Positions 29,161 to 39,855 of a stretch of 64,000 bases of DNA are shown here, in pieces. The stretch comes from an uncultured Verrucomicrobiae bacterium (GTDB lineage: Bacteria > Verrucomicrobiota > Verrucomicrobiia > Limisphaerales > JAFGQR01). Each line of letters opens with the position of its first letter. The stretch's first letter is position 1. The translations under genes and the position numbers were made by a program. The notes beneath the pieces were generated by a model. The model had not been told where the DNA came from. It searched no databases and saw nothing but the letters and a program-made list of their open reading frames with translations. The stretch covers positions 1-64,000 of the forward strand of contig CAWBHS010000072.1 in assembly GCA_963788655.1 (NCBI GenBank), written 5' to 3'.

Positions 29161-31839
29161 ATGGTCAGCAACCGATTAAAGTTTCACGGTTCAAAGGGAA
29201 TCGAATTCGCCGCCGCACTGTTCATAACCGGCATGCTGGCGCTTGCGAACCTGCGTGCCGATCCCGTCCAGCTTTTCAGCGACAGCCAAAATCCTCAGGT
29301 AACTTTTGCCGCCGATGAGCTTCAAGCCGCACTGAAGGCCAGAGGCCATGAAGTGGTGCGTTCCGAACTGAACTCATTGGCCGACGCCAAGGCAAGGATT
29401 CGAGTGGTGCTGGTATTACGTTCCGACGAGAATGTTCTTCGCGCACTTCAATCCGAGGGTGGCCGGGCTCCCGGTAAATTGTCGCGCGAAGGGTTCAGTC
29501 TGCGCACCACCGTTCAGAGCGGCCAAACGAATTACTGGGCCATTGGCGCCGACACCGCCGGAACGATGTACGGCGGATTGGAACTGGCCGAAGCCATCCG
29601 GGTTGCCGGGTTGGAGAGCCTCCGGGAAGGGGACCAGAATCCCTACCTGGCCATGCGCGGCACGAAATTCAATATTCCGTTGGATGTGCGCACGCCCAGT
29701 TACACGGATGTCTGCGACGCGGCCCAGCACAACATCGCCGAGATGTGGAGTTTTGATTTTTGGAGGGAATACATCGATTGCCTGGCCCGGGACCGTTACA
29801 ATTTTATTTCCTTGTGGAGCCTGCATCCGTTTCCGTCGTTGGTCAAAGTCCCGGAATACCCCGCCGTCGCCTTGGCCGATGTGCAGCGATCCCGCGGTCC
29901 CTGGGCAGAGAATTATTCGCTCAATGGCGATGGCTTTGATGCCCCGGAAATTCTCGCGCACGTGGAGACGTTGAAGCGCATGACCATCGAGGACAAAATC
30001 GAGTTCTGGCGGAACGTGATGCGCTACGGCAAGGCGCGGAACGTCGATTTCTATTTCGTTACCTGGAACATCTTTGTGTATGGCACCGGCGGGAAATACG
30101 GCATCACCGACAGCATCACCAACCGCACCACCATCGACTATTTTCGGAAGAGCGTAAAACAGATGTTCCTGACCTACCCGGACCTGCAAGGCATTGGCCT
30201 GACCACGGGCGAAAACATGCCCGGAGCCAGTTTCCAAGCGAAGGAGGACTGGGCGTTTCAGACTTACGCCCAGGGCGTGCTCGAGGTAGTTCGGGAACAG
30301 CCCGGCCGCAAAATCACTTTCCTCCATCGCCAACACCAAACTGGCGCCAGGGACATCGCGCGGAAATTCGCGCCGTTGATCCAACACCCGGACATCGATT
30401 TCATCTTTAGTTTCAAATACGCCAAAGCGCATGTTTACAGCTCGACCACGCAGACGTTTCACCCGGGATTTGTCAAAGACCTGCAAAACGAAGGCGATCT
30501 GCAAACGATCTGGACCTTGCGCAACGACGACGTGTATCACTTCCGCTGGGGGGCACCCGATTTTGTGCGCGAGTTCATTCAAAACCTGCCGCGGAAAGTC
30601 TCGCGGGGCTTTTACCTGGGATCGGATCAATACGTTTGGGGGAGGGAGTTTTTGAGCCGGCAATCGGAATCGCCTCGCCAGCTTGAAATCGCCAAGCACT
30701 GGTATCATTGGATGCTTTGGGGGCGCCTGGGTTACAATCCAAACCTGTCAGACGAACGCTTCGTGCAAATCCTCCAGGAACGGTATCCGCAAACCTCCGC
30801 CCGCGATTTGTTCAGCGCCTGGCAGGAAGCCTCGATGATTTACCCGCTGACCACCGGCTTTCATTGGGGCGCGCTCGATTTCCAATGGTATATCGAAGCG
30901 TGCAAAAGCCGACCCGGCCCCGCGCAAACCGCCAGTGGCTTCCACGACGTGAATCGGTTTATTACGCTGGGACCGCATCCCGGAACGGATTACCGCGCCA
31001 TTCCCGATTATGTGAAGGACGTCATCGCCGGACGGCCCAGCCCCGGCACCACACCCTTCGAGGTGGCTGACCAAATTCAAGCGCACGCCGAAAAGGCGCT
31101 ACGACTTCTGTCCGAACTGACTTCAGGCGGGAACAAGGAACTTCGTTTGACGTTGGACGATCTTCGGGCCATGGCGTATCTGGGCCAGTATTACGCCCAC
31201 AAGATAAGGGGTGCCACCGAGCTCGCGCTGTTTCGTCGCACCCGGCAATCGGCACACCAAGCAGCCGCCATCCGGGAACTAACTCAAGCAGCACAATGCT
31301 GGCGGTTGTATGCCGCGACGGCGCTGGCGCAATACAAGAATCCACTGTGGACGAACCGGGTGGGCTACTGTGATTGGCGGGCGTTGTTCGACGAGGTGCT
31401 GCACGACATCAAGATCGCCGGCGGACAGCCAACGATGCCCTCGCTGGCGCCAGCCGCTCGCGGAACCAGGATCGAGGCGGAGACGGCAGCCAGCCACGGC
31501 GCCGGCAAAGCCACCCGCATCACCGGTTACACCGGCGACGGCTACTTGGCCTTTGACCGAAACGCTGTCGGGAGCAGTGTTGAATGGAGCTGCGACGTAC
31601 CGAAGACCGGCAGGTATATCCTTCAGCTCCGTTATGCGTTGAAATCCGGTGCCGAGCCGGCGGCGTTGTCAATTAACGGTGCCGAACCGCAAGAATTGGT
31701 TTTATGGAATACCGGAGGCGAGTCCACCTGGGCTTGGGACCGCCACCCCGTCACGCTTGATCGAGGGACGAACACAATCCGGCTCGCGCCCCATTGCGAG
31801 GTGCGGATCGATTGTCTGAATGTGATCGGCGAGGATTAA
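29161..31839 (+). CDS. Uncharacterised glycoside-hydrolase-like protein with C-terminal CBM6/35-type module
   Basis: Signal peptide; EGFSLR...IGADTAGTMYGGLELAE N-domain; C-terminal IEAE..GYTGDGYL..LRYA..NTIRL..IDCL. Confidence 0.7.
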   Translation: MVSNRLKFHGSKGIEFAAALFITGMLALANLRADPVQLFSDSQNPQVTFAADELQAALKARGHEVVRSELNSLADAKARIRVVLVLRSDENVLRALQSEGGRAPGKLSREGFSLRTTVQSGQTNYWAIGADTAGTMYGGLELAEAIRVAGLESLREGDQNPYLAMRGTKFNIPLDVRTPSYTDVCDAAQHNIAEMWSFDFWREYIDCLARDRYNFISLWSLHPFPSLVKVPEYPAVALADVQRSRGPWAENYSLNGDGFDAPEILAHVETLKRMTIEDKIEFWRNVMRYGKARNVDFYFVTWNIFVYGTGGKYGITDSITNRTTIDYFRKSVKQMFLTYPDLQGIGLTTGENMPGASFQAKEDWAFQTYAQGVLEVVREQPGRKITFLHRQHQTGARDIARKFAPLIQHPDIDFIFSFKYAKAHVYSSTTQTFHPGFVKDLQNEGDLQTIWTLRNDDVYHFRWGAPDFVREFIQNLPRKVSRGFYLGSDQYVWGREFLSRQSESPRQLEIAKHWYHWMLWGRLGYNPNLSDERFVQILQERYPQTSARDLFSAWQEASMIYPLTTGFHWGALDFQWYIEACKSRPGPAQTASGFHDVNRFITLGPHPGTDYRAIPDYVKDVIAGRPSPGTTPFEVADQIQAHAEKALRLLSELTSGGNKELRLTLDDLRAMAYLGQYYAHKIRGATELALFRRTRQSAHQAAAIRELTQAAQCWRLYAATALAQYKNPLWTNRVGYCDWRALFDEVLHDIKIAGGQPTMPSLAPAARGTRIEAETAASHGAGKATRITGYTGDGYLAFDRNAVGSSVEWSCDVPKTGRYILQLRYALKSGAEPAALSINGAEPQELVLWNTGGESTWAWDRHPVTLDRGTNTIRLAPHCEVRIDCLNVIGED

Positions 31840-32390
31840 CGCGACCGGCAAAGCGCCAGCAACCGAGGTTCGTGTCCAGAGTGAGGCGCTTTAGGCCGCA
31901 TTGCACGACAACCCACCAGGCCGATGGCCCGCAGCGCCAACGTGCTGCCTTCGTCTGCCGCGGAAACCGTGTCGGCAATCACAGTGAAATCAGGGAGCTT
32001 TTAGTGAAATTACCGCATCGTTGCAGCCGCTTTGACGGCGCTTTGTCGGTCGTTATTAACGGGGGCGAAGCGGCTGGCCAATGGGTGAGACTTGCCGCAA
32101 ATTACTCATTGGAATCACTTATGAAATTGAATAATTAACAGATACATACAGATGGAAGTGCAAATCAGCAAATAACATCATGTCGGCGTATATGCAAAAT
32201 ATGTATAATACTGGCCAAGTCACGGTGAGCCTAATTATTCCAAACGATACAATTTGTTTTCGTGAACTTTGGATGTTGCTGTCCGAGTTCGGAACACGGC
32301 TAAAACTGTTGGGGCGCGTGGCTGCGTAGCGGTCGGAACGGAACGCTCCCATCGCCCGGGCACGTCGCCAGGCGGTAAATCGAAGATTCT

Positions 32391-32972
32391 ATGATGGAAA
32401 TAAAACGCACGATCAAATACGAGGCCGACCGGATTCCGGGCTTTGGCCGGGAAGTCATGAGCGTGCCGGGGTGCGAGGAATTGGAACACTGCATCCAATG
32501 CGGCACCTGTTCCGGCGTCTGCCCGATGAGCATCTACATGGATTACACCCCGCGCCAGGTCATGGAGTTGACCCGCTCCGACTTCAAGGATGACGTGCTT
32601 AGGAGTCACACCATCTGGCTGTGTGCCTCGTGTTACGCCTGCACGACGGAGTGTCCCAAGCAGATCCGCATCACGGACATCATGTATGAATTGAAGCAGC
32701 GTGCCATCAAGGAAGGGGTGTACCCGAAGCGTTTCCCCATTCCGGTATTGGCGCAGGAGTTTTCCAAAATGGTCAAGAAGAACGGCCGCATCACCGAGAT
32801 GCTCCTGGTGATGAAGCTCTTTATGAAGACCAATCCGCTGGCGGCCATGGGCAATTGGCGCATGGGCATCGACCTGATGAAGACCGGACGGTTTTCACTC
32901 GCCACCGAACGGATGGAGCGGCGCGAGGATTTGGCCCGGATGATGGACGTGGTGGATGCGGAATCGAAATAA
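32391..32972 (+). CDS. hdrC: Heterodisulfide reductase subunit C
   Basis: CIQCGTCSGVCP and IWLCASCYACTTECP; operon context. Confidence 0.92.
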   Translation: MMEIKRTIKYEADRIPGFGREVMSVPGCEELEHCIQCGTCSGVCPMSIYMDYTPRQVMELTRSDFKDDVLRSHTIWLCASCYACTTECPKQIRITDIMYELKQRAIKEGVYPKRFPIPVLAQEFSKMVKKNGRITEMLLVMKLFMKTNPLAAMGNWRMGIDLMKTGRFSLATERMERREDLARMMDVVDAESK

Positions 32973-32983
32973 GGCTCTGACGT

Positions 32984-33853
32984 ATGAAATACTCCTATTT
33001 TCCCGGTTGTTCCCTCAAAGGTTTGGGTCGCGCGTACGAAGAATCGTTGTTGCCGGTCATGAAACACCTGGGGGTGGAACTGAACGAGCTCCCGGATTGG
33101 AACTGCTGCGGCGCCACGGCGTACATGTCGGTGGACGAAGGCAAGGCCTGCGTGCTGGCCGCGCGCAACCTGGCCATCGCCGAAAAGCATGGCGACCTCC
33201 AACTCATGGCGCCGTGCAGCGCGTGTTACTTGGTGCTCAACAAAACCAAGCACAACATTCAGGACTATCCGTCCATGAAAACCATCGTGGACAAAGCCCT
33301 GGCCGCGGTCCATTTGAATTACAGCGGCAACACCCCCGTGCGGCACCCGCTGGACGTGCTGTTCAACGACATTGGCTTGGAGGCGATCAAACAGAAAGTA
33401 ACCCAGCCGCTCAAAGGACTGAAGGTTGCCCCGTATTACGGTTGCCAGATTGTCCGGCCGTACGCGACCTTTGATGATCAAAATAATCCCACCACGATGG
33501 ACCGGTTGCTCGAAACGTTGGGCGCCACGGTGATCAAGTTCCCGCTCAAGACCAAGTGTTGTGGGGGCAGTCTGACCGGCACGGTGCCGGAAGCTGGACT
33601 CAAGCTGGCTTACATCATTCTGAACGAAGCCAAAAAGCGTGGCGCCGACGTGATTGCCACCGTCTGTCCGCTGTGCCAATTCAACCTGGACGGCTATCAC
33701 GATCTGATCGAATCGCAGTTCGATGCCGCGCGCGTTCCGACCGTGTATTTCAGTCAACTGATGGGCTTGGCATTTGGAATGCCGGCCCGGCAACTGGGCC
33801 TGCAGCGGTCGGCTGTCCCCATGAAACCTCTGGCCCAAGCGGTGCCGGCTTAG
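32984..33853 (+). CDS. hdrB: Heterodisulfide reductase subunit B
   Basis: Two CCG domains: YFPGCSL, WNCCGA, PCSAC; YYGCQ, KCCGGS, VCPLCQFNLD. Confidence 0.93.
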   Translation: MKYSYFPGCSLKGLGRAYEESLLPVMKHLGVELNELPDWNCCGATAYMSVDEGKACVLAARNLAIAEKHGDLQLMAPCSACYLVLNKTKHNIQDYPSMKTIVDKALAAVHLNYSGNTPVRHPLDVLFNDIGLEAIKQKVTQPLKGLKVAPYYGCQIVRPYATFDDQNNPTTMDRLLETLGATVIKFPLKTKCCGGSLTGTVPEAGLKLAYIILNEAKKRGADVIATVCPLCQFNLDGYHDLIESQFDAARVPTVYFSQLMGLAFGMPARQLGLQRSAVPMKPLAQAVPA

Positions 33854-33893
33854 GCGAAAAACGAACTTTGGATTCTCCGAACCCAGAAAGATA

Positions 33894-35930
33894 ATGACGA
33901 TGGACAAGCAGCAGAACGAGGACATCCGGATTGGTTTTTACGTCTGCCATTGCGGACACAACATTGCCGCTATGGTCGATTGTGTCGCGGTAGCTCGAGT
34001 ACGTCGGATAGTTTGCCGGGCGTGACCTTGTCGCGGGACTATAAATACATGTGCTCCGATCCGGGGCAGGAACTCATCCAGAAGGACATCAAGGAGTTCA
34101 AGCTCAACCGGGTGGTGGTGGCTTCCTGTTCGCCGCTGCTGCACGAACACACGTTCCGCGGCGCGGTCGAAGCTGGCGGCTTGAATCCGTTCTTCTTTCA
34201 CATGGTCAACATCCGCGAGCACGACTCGTGGGTCCACACCGATCGGGGGGAAGCGACCGAAAAGGCCAAAGCCCTGGCCCAAGCCGCCATTCAACGCGTG
34301 GCCAAACACAAATCGCTCGAGGTGAAAAGAGTCCCCATCCATCCCGACGTGTTGGTGGTGGGCGGCGGCATCGCGGGCATTCACGCGGCGATGACCATTG
34401 CCAATTCGGGCAAGAAGGTTTACTTGGTCGAACGCGAACCATCCATTGGCGGGCACATGGCGAAGTTTGACAAAACGTTTCCAACGCTCGATTGCGCCGC
34501 TTGTATTCTCACGCCGAAAATGTCCGCGGTGGGTTCGCACCCGAACATCACCCTGATGTCCTATTCCGAAGTTACGAAGATGGACGGTTACGTGGGCAAT
34601 TACACCGTCACGGTGAAGCGCAAGCCGCGCTACATCATCGAAGATCTTTGCACGGGTTGCCAGGAGTGCATTGCCAATTGCGTTTACAAGGAGCCCAAGT
34701 TTACCGACGAATTCAACGAGGGCCTGGGCAAACGCCGTCCGGTGTATATCCCGTTCCCGCAAGCCACGCCGCAGGTGGTGCTCATCGATCCCGAAGTCTG
34801 CCTGAATTTCAAACGCGGCACCAAACCCGGTGAGGCTCCGGTTGTCGGTGACAAATGCAAGAAAACCTGTGTCGAAGCCTGCGGTGAAAAGAACGCCATC
34901 GACTTCACGCAGAAGGAAACGTTCGAGGAAATCAAGGTTGGCGCGATCATCGTGTCCACCGGTTTCAAGACCTTCGAGGCCAAGCGCAAGCCCGAATACG
35001 GTTACGGCATTTACCCGAACGTCTATACGGCGTTGGAGATCGAACGGTTGGTCAACGCCTCCGGACCGACGGGCGGCGACGTGATCATGCGCGACGGCAA
35101 GGAACCGAAGTCCGTTGGCATCATCCATTGCGTCGGCAGCCGCGATAAACAGACCAATCGCTGGTGTTCGCGCGTGTGCTGTATGTATTCCATGAAGCTG
35201 GCTCACCTGCTCAAGGAGCACACCGGCGCGGAGATTTACAACTTCTACATCGACATCCGGACCCCGGGGAAGAGTTACGAAGAGTTCTACGACAAAATGC
35301 TGGAGGAAGGCGTGCATTTCATCCGTGGCCGCGTCGGCGAAGTCACCGACTGGGCGATGACCAAGGAAGAGGAAGGCAAACTGGTCATCCGCGTGGAAGA
35401 CACGCTGGCCGGACATCGTCCGCCGCATTCCGGTGGATATGGTGGTGCTTTCCACCGGCTTGGAACCGCAAAGCGATGCCCAGGACGTCCGCCGCCTGTT
35501 TAACATGAGCTGCGGCTCGGAAGGCTTTTTCCTGGAGCGCCATCCGAAGCTCGCTCCGGTGAACACCTTCAACGATGGTATCTACATTGCCGGAGCTTGT
35601 CAGGGACCGCGCGACATCCCGGACACCGTGGCGCAAGCCGGCGCGGCCGCCGCCGAGGCTATGGCAATGATCGACAAGGGCCACATCGAGCAGGAGCCGA
35701 ACACGGCGTTTGTGCTGGCCGAAGAATGCTCGGGCTGCAAATCCTGCATTCCGCTCTGTCCCTACACGGCGATCACTTTTGACGAAACCAGTGAAACCGC
35801 CACCATCAACGAGGCGCTCTGCAAGGGCTGTGGCACTTGCGTCGCCGCCTGCCCCTCGGGTTCGATTGCGCAGAACCTGTTCGATGACGAAGAAATCTTC
35901 AGCGAAATCGAGGGAGTCCTCGCACGGTAA
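33894..35930 (+). CDS. hdrA: Heterodisulfide reductase subunit A (frameshifts near 33995 and 35412)
   Basis: IGFYVCHCGHNIA; ASCSP; NIREHDSWVH; GGGIAG; KTFPTLDCAACIL; HCVGSRD; CSRVCCMYS; C-terminal 2x[4Fe-4S] CSGCKSC..CP, CKGCGTCVAACP. Confidence 0.92.
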
Positions 35931-35937
35931 GAAATTT

Positions 35938-36492
35938 ATGAATGCTGCCGCCCAATCTCCTCAAGCCAACGGTTCATGGAAACCACGTATCGTGGCGTTT
36001 TTCTGCAACTGGTGTACCTACACTGCCGCCGACCTGGCCGGGGTGTCGCGCCTCAAATACGCCGCCAACACGCGTGTCATCCGGTTGATGTGCTCCGGGC
36101 GCGTGGATCCGCAATTCGTCCTGGATGCGCTGGCGAAAGGTGCCGACGCCGTGCTGATCGGCGGCTGCCATCCGCTCGACTGTCATTATTCGGAGGGGAA
36201 TTACAAATGCCTGCGCCGCTATGAAATGATGAAGCGGATGCTTCAGGAGATGGGCATCGAACCAGAACGTCTCCGCCTCGAATGGATTAGCGCCGCCGAG
36301 GGCGAAAAGGTCAAACGCGTCATCAACGAAATGACGGAAACCATCCAGAAACTCGGCCCCCTTGGCATTCCGCAGAAAGTGGCCGAGTGGGACCAGGAAC
36401 TGGAACAACTGGCGCAGGCGGTCCAAGCCCAGGACACTGAACAAGGACCGTGCGCCGCTCACTCACAAGATACGGAGGCCGTTCATGCCTAA
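35938..36492 (+). CDS. mvhD: Methyl-viologen-reducing hydrogenase subunit D ([2Fe-2S])
   Basis: FFCNWCTYTAADLAG, MCSGRVDP, GGCHPLDCHY, RLEWISAAEG. Confidence 0.93.
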   Translation: MNAAAQSPQANGSWKPRIVAFFCNWCTYTAADLAGVSRLKYAANTRVIRLMCSGRVDPQFVLDALAKGADAVLIGGCHPLDCHYSEGNYKCLRRYEMMKRMLQEMGIEPERLRLEWISAAEGEKVKRVINEMTETIQKLGPLGIPQKVAEWDQELEQLAQAVQAQDTEQGPCAAHSQDTEAVHA

Positions 36493-37471
36493 GCCCAAAG
36501 TTGCCTTTTATTGGTGCGCCTCGTGCGGAGGTTGCGAAGAAACCGTGGTGGACCTCGCCGAAGACATTCTCGGCGTGGTCGAGAAAGTTGACATTGTCCT
36601 TTGGCCGGTAGCAATGGATTTCAAATACAAAGATGTCCAGGCCATGCCCGACAAATCCATTACCGCTACCCTGCTCAATGGCGCCATTCGTTCCACCGAA
36701 CAGGAAGAAATGGCACGCTTGCTGCGACGTAAGAGCCAGTTTCTGTTGGCTTACGGCTCCTGCGCCCACACCGGCGGCATTCCCAGCCTGGCCAACCAGT
36801 TTTCGCGCGAACAAATGCTCAAATTCGTCTACGAGGAATCACCGTCCACAGTGAACGAACAAAAAGTGCGGCCGCAAGCCAGTTTCTCCGAGCACGATCG
36901 CACCGTGAAACTGCCCACGCTGCACAACGTCGTCCGTTCGCTCGATCAGGTGGTTGACGTGGATTACTACGTTCCCGGGTGCCCGCCCACTCCCAAGATC
37001 ACCAAGACCGCCATCACGGCGTTGCTCGAAGGCAAACTGCCACCCAAAGGTTCGGTCATCGCGCCGGACACCGCGCTTTGCGACGAATGCCCGCGCAAAG
37101 CCACCAAACCCAGTACTTGGGACTACACGCAATTCGTGCGGCCGCATCAGAAGTTGCTCGATCCGGAGAAATGTTTCCTCGCCCAGAACGTGATTTGCAT
37201 GGGCCCGGCCACGCGGAGCGGTTGTGAAGCCGCCTGTACCACCGGCGGCATGCCATGCACCGGCTGCTTTGGTCCCACCTCACGAGTGCGCGACCAAGGC
37301 GCCAAGATGCTGTCGAGCCTTTGCTCGAACATTGCGGCCAAGGAAGCGGAAGGCATCAACCAAACGCTGGACACCATCCCGGATCCCGTTGGCACCTTCT
37401 ATCGCTACGGATTGGCGAAGAGCATTCTGCGCCGCAAAATCAATCTCCCCACCAACGGAAACGGACACTAA
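36485..37471 (+). CDS. mvhG: Group 3c [NiFe] hydrogenase small subunit
   Basis: WCASCGGCE, GSCAHTGG, PGCPP, CDECPR, CFL...CMGPATRSGC...C...PCTGCFGP. Confidence 0.92.
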   Translation: MPKPKVAFYWCASCGGCEETVVDLAEDILGVVEKVDIVLWPVAMDFKYKDVQAMPDKSITATLLNGAIRSTEQEEMARLLRRKSQFLLAYGSCAHTGGIPSLANQFSREQMLKFVYEESPSTVNEQKVRPQASFSEHDRTVKLPTLHNVVRSLDQVVDVDYYVPGCPPTPKITKTAITALLEGKLPPKGSVIAPDTALCDECPRKATKPSTWDYTQFVRPHQKLLDPEKCFLAQNVICMGPATRSGCEAACTTGGMPCTGCFGPTSRVRDQGAKMLSSLCSNIAAKEAEGINQTLDTIPDPVGTFYRYGLAKSILRRKINLPTNGNGH

Positions 37472-37481
37472 ACGCCGACCT

Positions 37482-39011
37482 ATGCAAAACGAAGTCAAAC
37501 AAGCGTTCAACCAGGGCGCCGCCCGCGCCAACGCGGCCTATCAGGCCAAACGCCGCAACGTCACGATCGATCCCATTACCCGCCTCGAGGGCCATGGCAA
37601 GATCGACATCTTCCTCGATGACAAAGGCGATGTCGAACGCGCTTACATGCAAGTGCCCGAATTGCGCGGCTTCGAAGTGTTCAGCCTCGGCCGACCGGCG
37701 GAAGACATGCCGCAGATCACCAGCCGAATTTGCGGCGTATGTCCGACGGCGCATCACATGGCGGCGACCAAAGCGTTGGATGACCTGTACGAAATCGAGC
37801 CCACGTCAGCGGGCCGGAAGATTCGCGAGTTGGTGTATAACACCTTCATGCTCGAAGACCACGCCTTGCACGTCTTCGTGCTGGGCGGGCCTGATTTTAT
37901 CGTGGGACCGGAAGCCCCACCGGCGGAGCGGAACATTGTGGGCGTGATCCAGAAGGTCGGCCTCGAAGCCGGCAAGAAAGTCATTGGTACCCGTCGTCGC
38001 CTGCGCGAATTGATCAGTTACTTCGGCGGCAAGGTGGTGCATCCCGTAATGGGCCTGCCCGGCGGCGTGAGCAAGGCGCTCAAAGAAGAAGACCTGCCGA
38101 AATTCAAGGAACTGGCCAAGGATGGTGTCGAGTTCGCCGAATGGTCGCTCCAAGTGTTTAAGGACATCGTGTTGGCGAACAAGGACTACGTGAACATGAT
38201 CACGTCCGACGCCTTTACTCACCAGACTTGTTACATGGGCATGGTGGATGAGCAGAACAAGGTGAATTTCTACGACGGCAAACTGCGCGTCGTGGACTGC
38301 AACGGCAAGGAAGTCTGCAAGTTTACCGCGCAACAATATCGCGACTTCGTGGGCGAACACGTCGAACCGTGGAGTTACATGAAGTTCACGTTCCTCAAGC
38401 AACGCGGCTGGAAGGATTTCACCGAAGGTGCGGACACCAGTATCTACTCCGTCGCCCCGCTGGCCCGCCTCAACGTCGCCGACGGCATGGCCACGCCCAA
38501 GGCGCAGGCGGCTTACGAAGAATTCTTCAAGATCCTCGGTGGCAAACCGGTGCATCACACGCTGGCCAACCATTGGGCGCGCGTGATCGAAATGATTTAC
38601 GCCGCGGAACGAATCGAGCAATTGATCAATGATCCGGAAATCACCAGCCCGGAGATCCGGCAGGTTCCCACCGCGGTGCCGCGCGAAGGGATGGGCGTGG
38701 TCGAAGCGCCGCGCGGGACGCTGTTCCATCACTACCAGACGGACGAACGCGGCTTGATCACCATGGCCAATTTGATTGTGGCCACGGGCAACAACGCCGC
38801 CCGCATTGCCATGAGCGTCGAGCGGGCCGCCAAAGGCCTGATTAAAGGCGGCCATGTGACCGAAGGATTGCTCAACAAAGTGGAAATGGCTTTCCGCGCT
38901 TACGATCCGTGTCTCGGCTGCGCGACACATTCGTTGCCTGGCCAAACGCCGTTGTCGGTGAAAATCTACAATCACGACCACCAGCTCGTGCAAGAGTTGC
39001 GGCAGGGATGA
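37482..39011 (+). CDS. mvhA: Group 3c [NiFe] hydrogenase large subunit
   Basis: PITRLEGHG, L1 RICGVC, EAPRGTLFHHY, L2 RAYDPCLGCATH plus cleavable C-terminal extension. Confidence 0.95.
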   Translation: MQNEVKQAFNQGAARANAAYQAKRRNVTIDPITRLEGHGKIDIFLDDKGDVERAYMQVPELRGFEVFSLGRPAEDMPQITSRICGVCPTAHHMAATKALDDLYEIEPTSAGRKIRELVYNTFMLEDHALHVFVLGGPDFIVGPEAPPAERNIVGVIQKVGLEAGKKVIGTRRRLRELISYFGGKVVHPVMGLPGGVSKALKEEDLPKFKELAKDGVEFAEWSLQVFKDIVLANKDYVNMITSDAFTHQTCYMGMVDEQNKVNFYDGKLRVVDCNGKEVCKFTAQQYRDFVGEHVEPWSYMKFTFLKQRGWKDFTEGADTSIYSVAPLARLNVADGMATPKAQAAYEEFFKILGGKPVHHTLANHWARVIEMIYAAERIEQLINDPEITSPEIRQVPTAVPREGMGVVEAPRGTLFHHYQTDERGLITMANLIVATGNNAARIAMSVERAAKGLIKGGHVTEGLLNKVEMAFRAYDPCLGCATHSLPGQTPLSVKIYNHDHQLVQELRQG

Positions 39012-39556
39012 GGACGCCGATAAATGAAATTCTCGTGCTCGGTTTGGGTAACGACATTCTGACCGATGATGCCATCGGTTTGAATGTCGTCCGCCAACTG
39101 CGCACGGACTTGGCGGATTGCGAGGGGGTCGAGGTCGAGGAAACGATGGAAATGGGCCTGGCGCTTTTGGATTTTATGGTGGGCTACCGGGAGGTGATCA
39201 TCGTGGATTCCATCCAGACCGGCAAGGTGGCACCCGGAACCATTCAGCAGGTGAACGTCAACGATCTCGCCTGCCAAACTCAACGCACCCCTCACTTCCT
39301 GGGCGTGGGCGAAACGCTGGCTCTGGGACGTCTGCTGGGGTTGCAGATGCCTGAACAGGTGACGATTTTCGGCGTAGAAGTCGAAGACCCTTTCACCCTG
39401 GGAACCGAGATGACCACCACGTTGCAGGGCGCATTGTCTAGCGTGGTTGCAGCAGTATCCGACGCGGTCCAGAGCAGACTCAAACGGCTCAGACCTGAGC
39501 ATTCAGAGGTGGGAGTGCGTTCGTCGCGGGAATTGGCAGCGACGGTCTGCCCTTGA
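39008..39556 (+). CDS. Hydrogenase maturation endopeptidase
   Basis: LVLGLGNDILTDDAIG, IIVDSI, TPH; ATGA overlap with mvhA. Confidence 0.92.
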   Translation: MRTPINEILVLGLGNDILTDDAIGLNVVRQLRTDLADCEGVEVEETMEMGLALLDFMVGYREVIIVDSIQTGKVAPGTIQQVNVNDLACQTQRTPHFLGVGETLALGRLLGLQMPEQVTIFGVEVEDPFTLGTEMTTTLQGALSSVVAAVSDAVQSRLKRLRPEHSEVGVRSSRELAATVCP

Positions 39557-39690
39557 TCTACGATCGATCAGGAACCGTCTTCCTCTTGGTTGTCCCCGGA
39601 AATTTGGACAATTCACCTAGGGCAGCAGATTTGTCGTAGCTTTGCTTTCTAAGCGTTTGCTCAAGGAACTGGACGGATAGCCGCCAGGTT

Positions 39691-39767
39691 TTGGAGTGCG
39701 GCAGTCCTCTGCCGCTTTCGAACGCACGGCCCCTTATCGAAAGCGGCAGAGGACTGCCGCACTCCAA
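39691..39767. repeat. GGAG-type REP doublet (31-bp perfect inverted repeat)
   Basis: TTGGAGTGCGGCAGTCCTCTGCCGCTTTCGA / TCGAAAGCGGCAGAGGACTGCCGCACTCCAA. Confidence 0.8.
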
Positions 39768-39791
39768 GACGCTGGCGCGCCATCATTGCCC

Positions 39792-39831
39792 CCAAAAGCA
39801 ACCAGCGCCAGTTCCGTAGAACTGGCGCTGG
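39792..39831 (-). terminator. Intrinsic terminator of glnK-amtB
   Basis: 13-bp stem CCAGCGCCAGTTC/GAACTGGCGCTGG with UACG loop on the minus strand, followed by TTGCTTTT. Confidence 0.7.
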
Positions 39832-39855
39832 CGTGCATGTAACGAAGGTCGGAAT

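Noticed and set aside
32188..32211. GTAT-N16-ATAC as a NikR operator
   Set aside because: Half-sites and spacing do not match the E. coli-type GTATGA-N16-TCATAC; too short to be significant.
33938..35572. Long antisense ORFs over hdr/mvh, Gfo and HYR genes (e.g. 33938..35572, 37806..38993, 48572..49879)
   Set aside because: Expected shadows of GC-rich coding strands; no recognisable motifs.
33894..39011. Selenocysteine recoding in HdrA, MvhD or MvhA
   Set aside because: The relevant positions are Cys codons; the hdrA breaks are frameshifts, not in-frame TGA.
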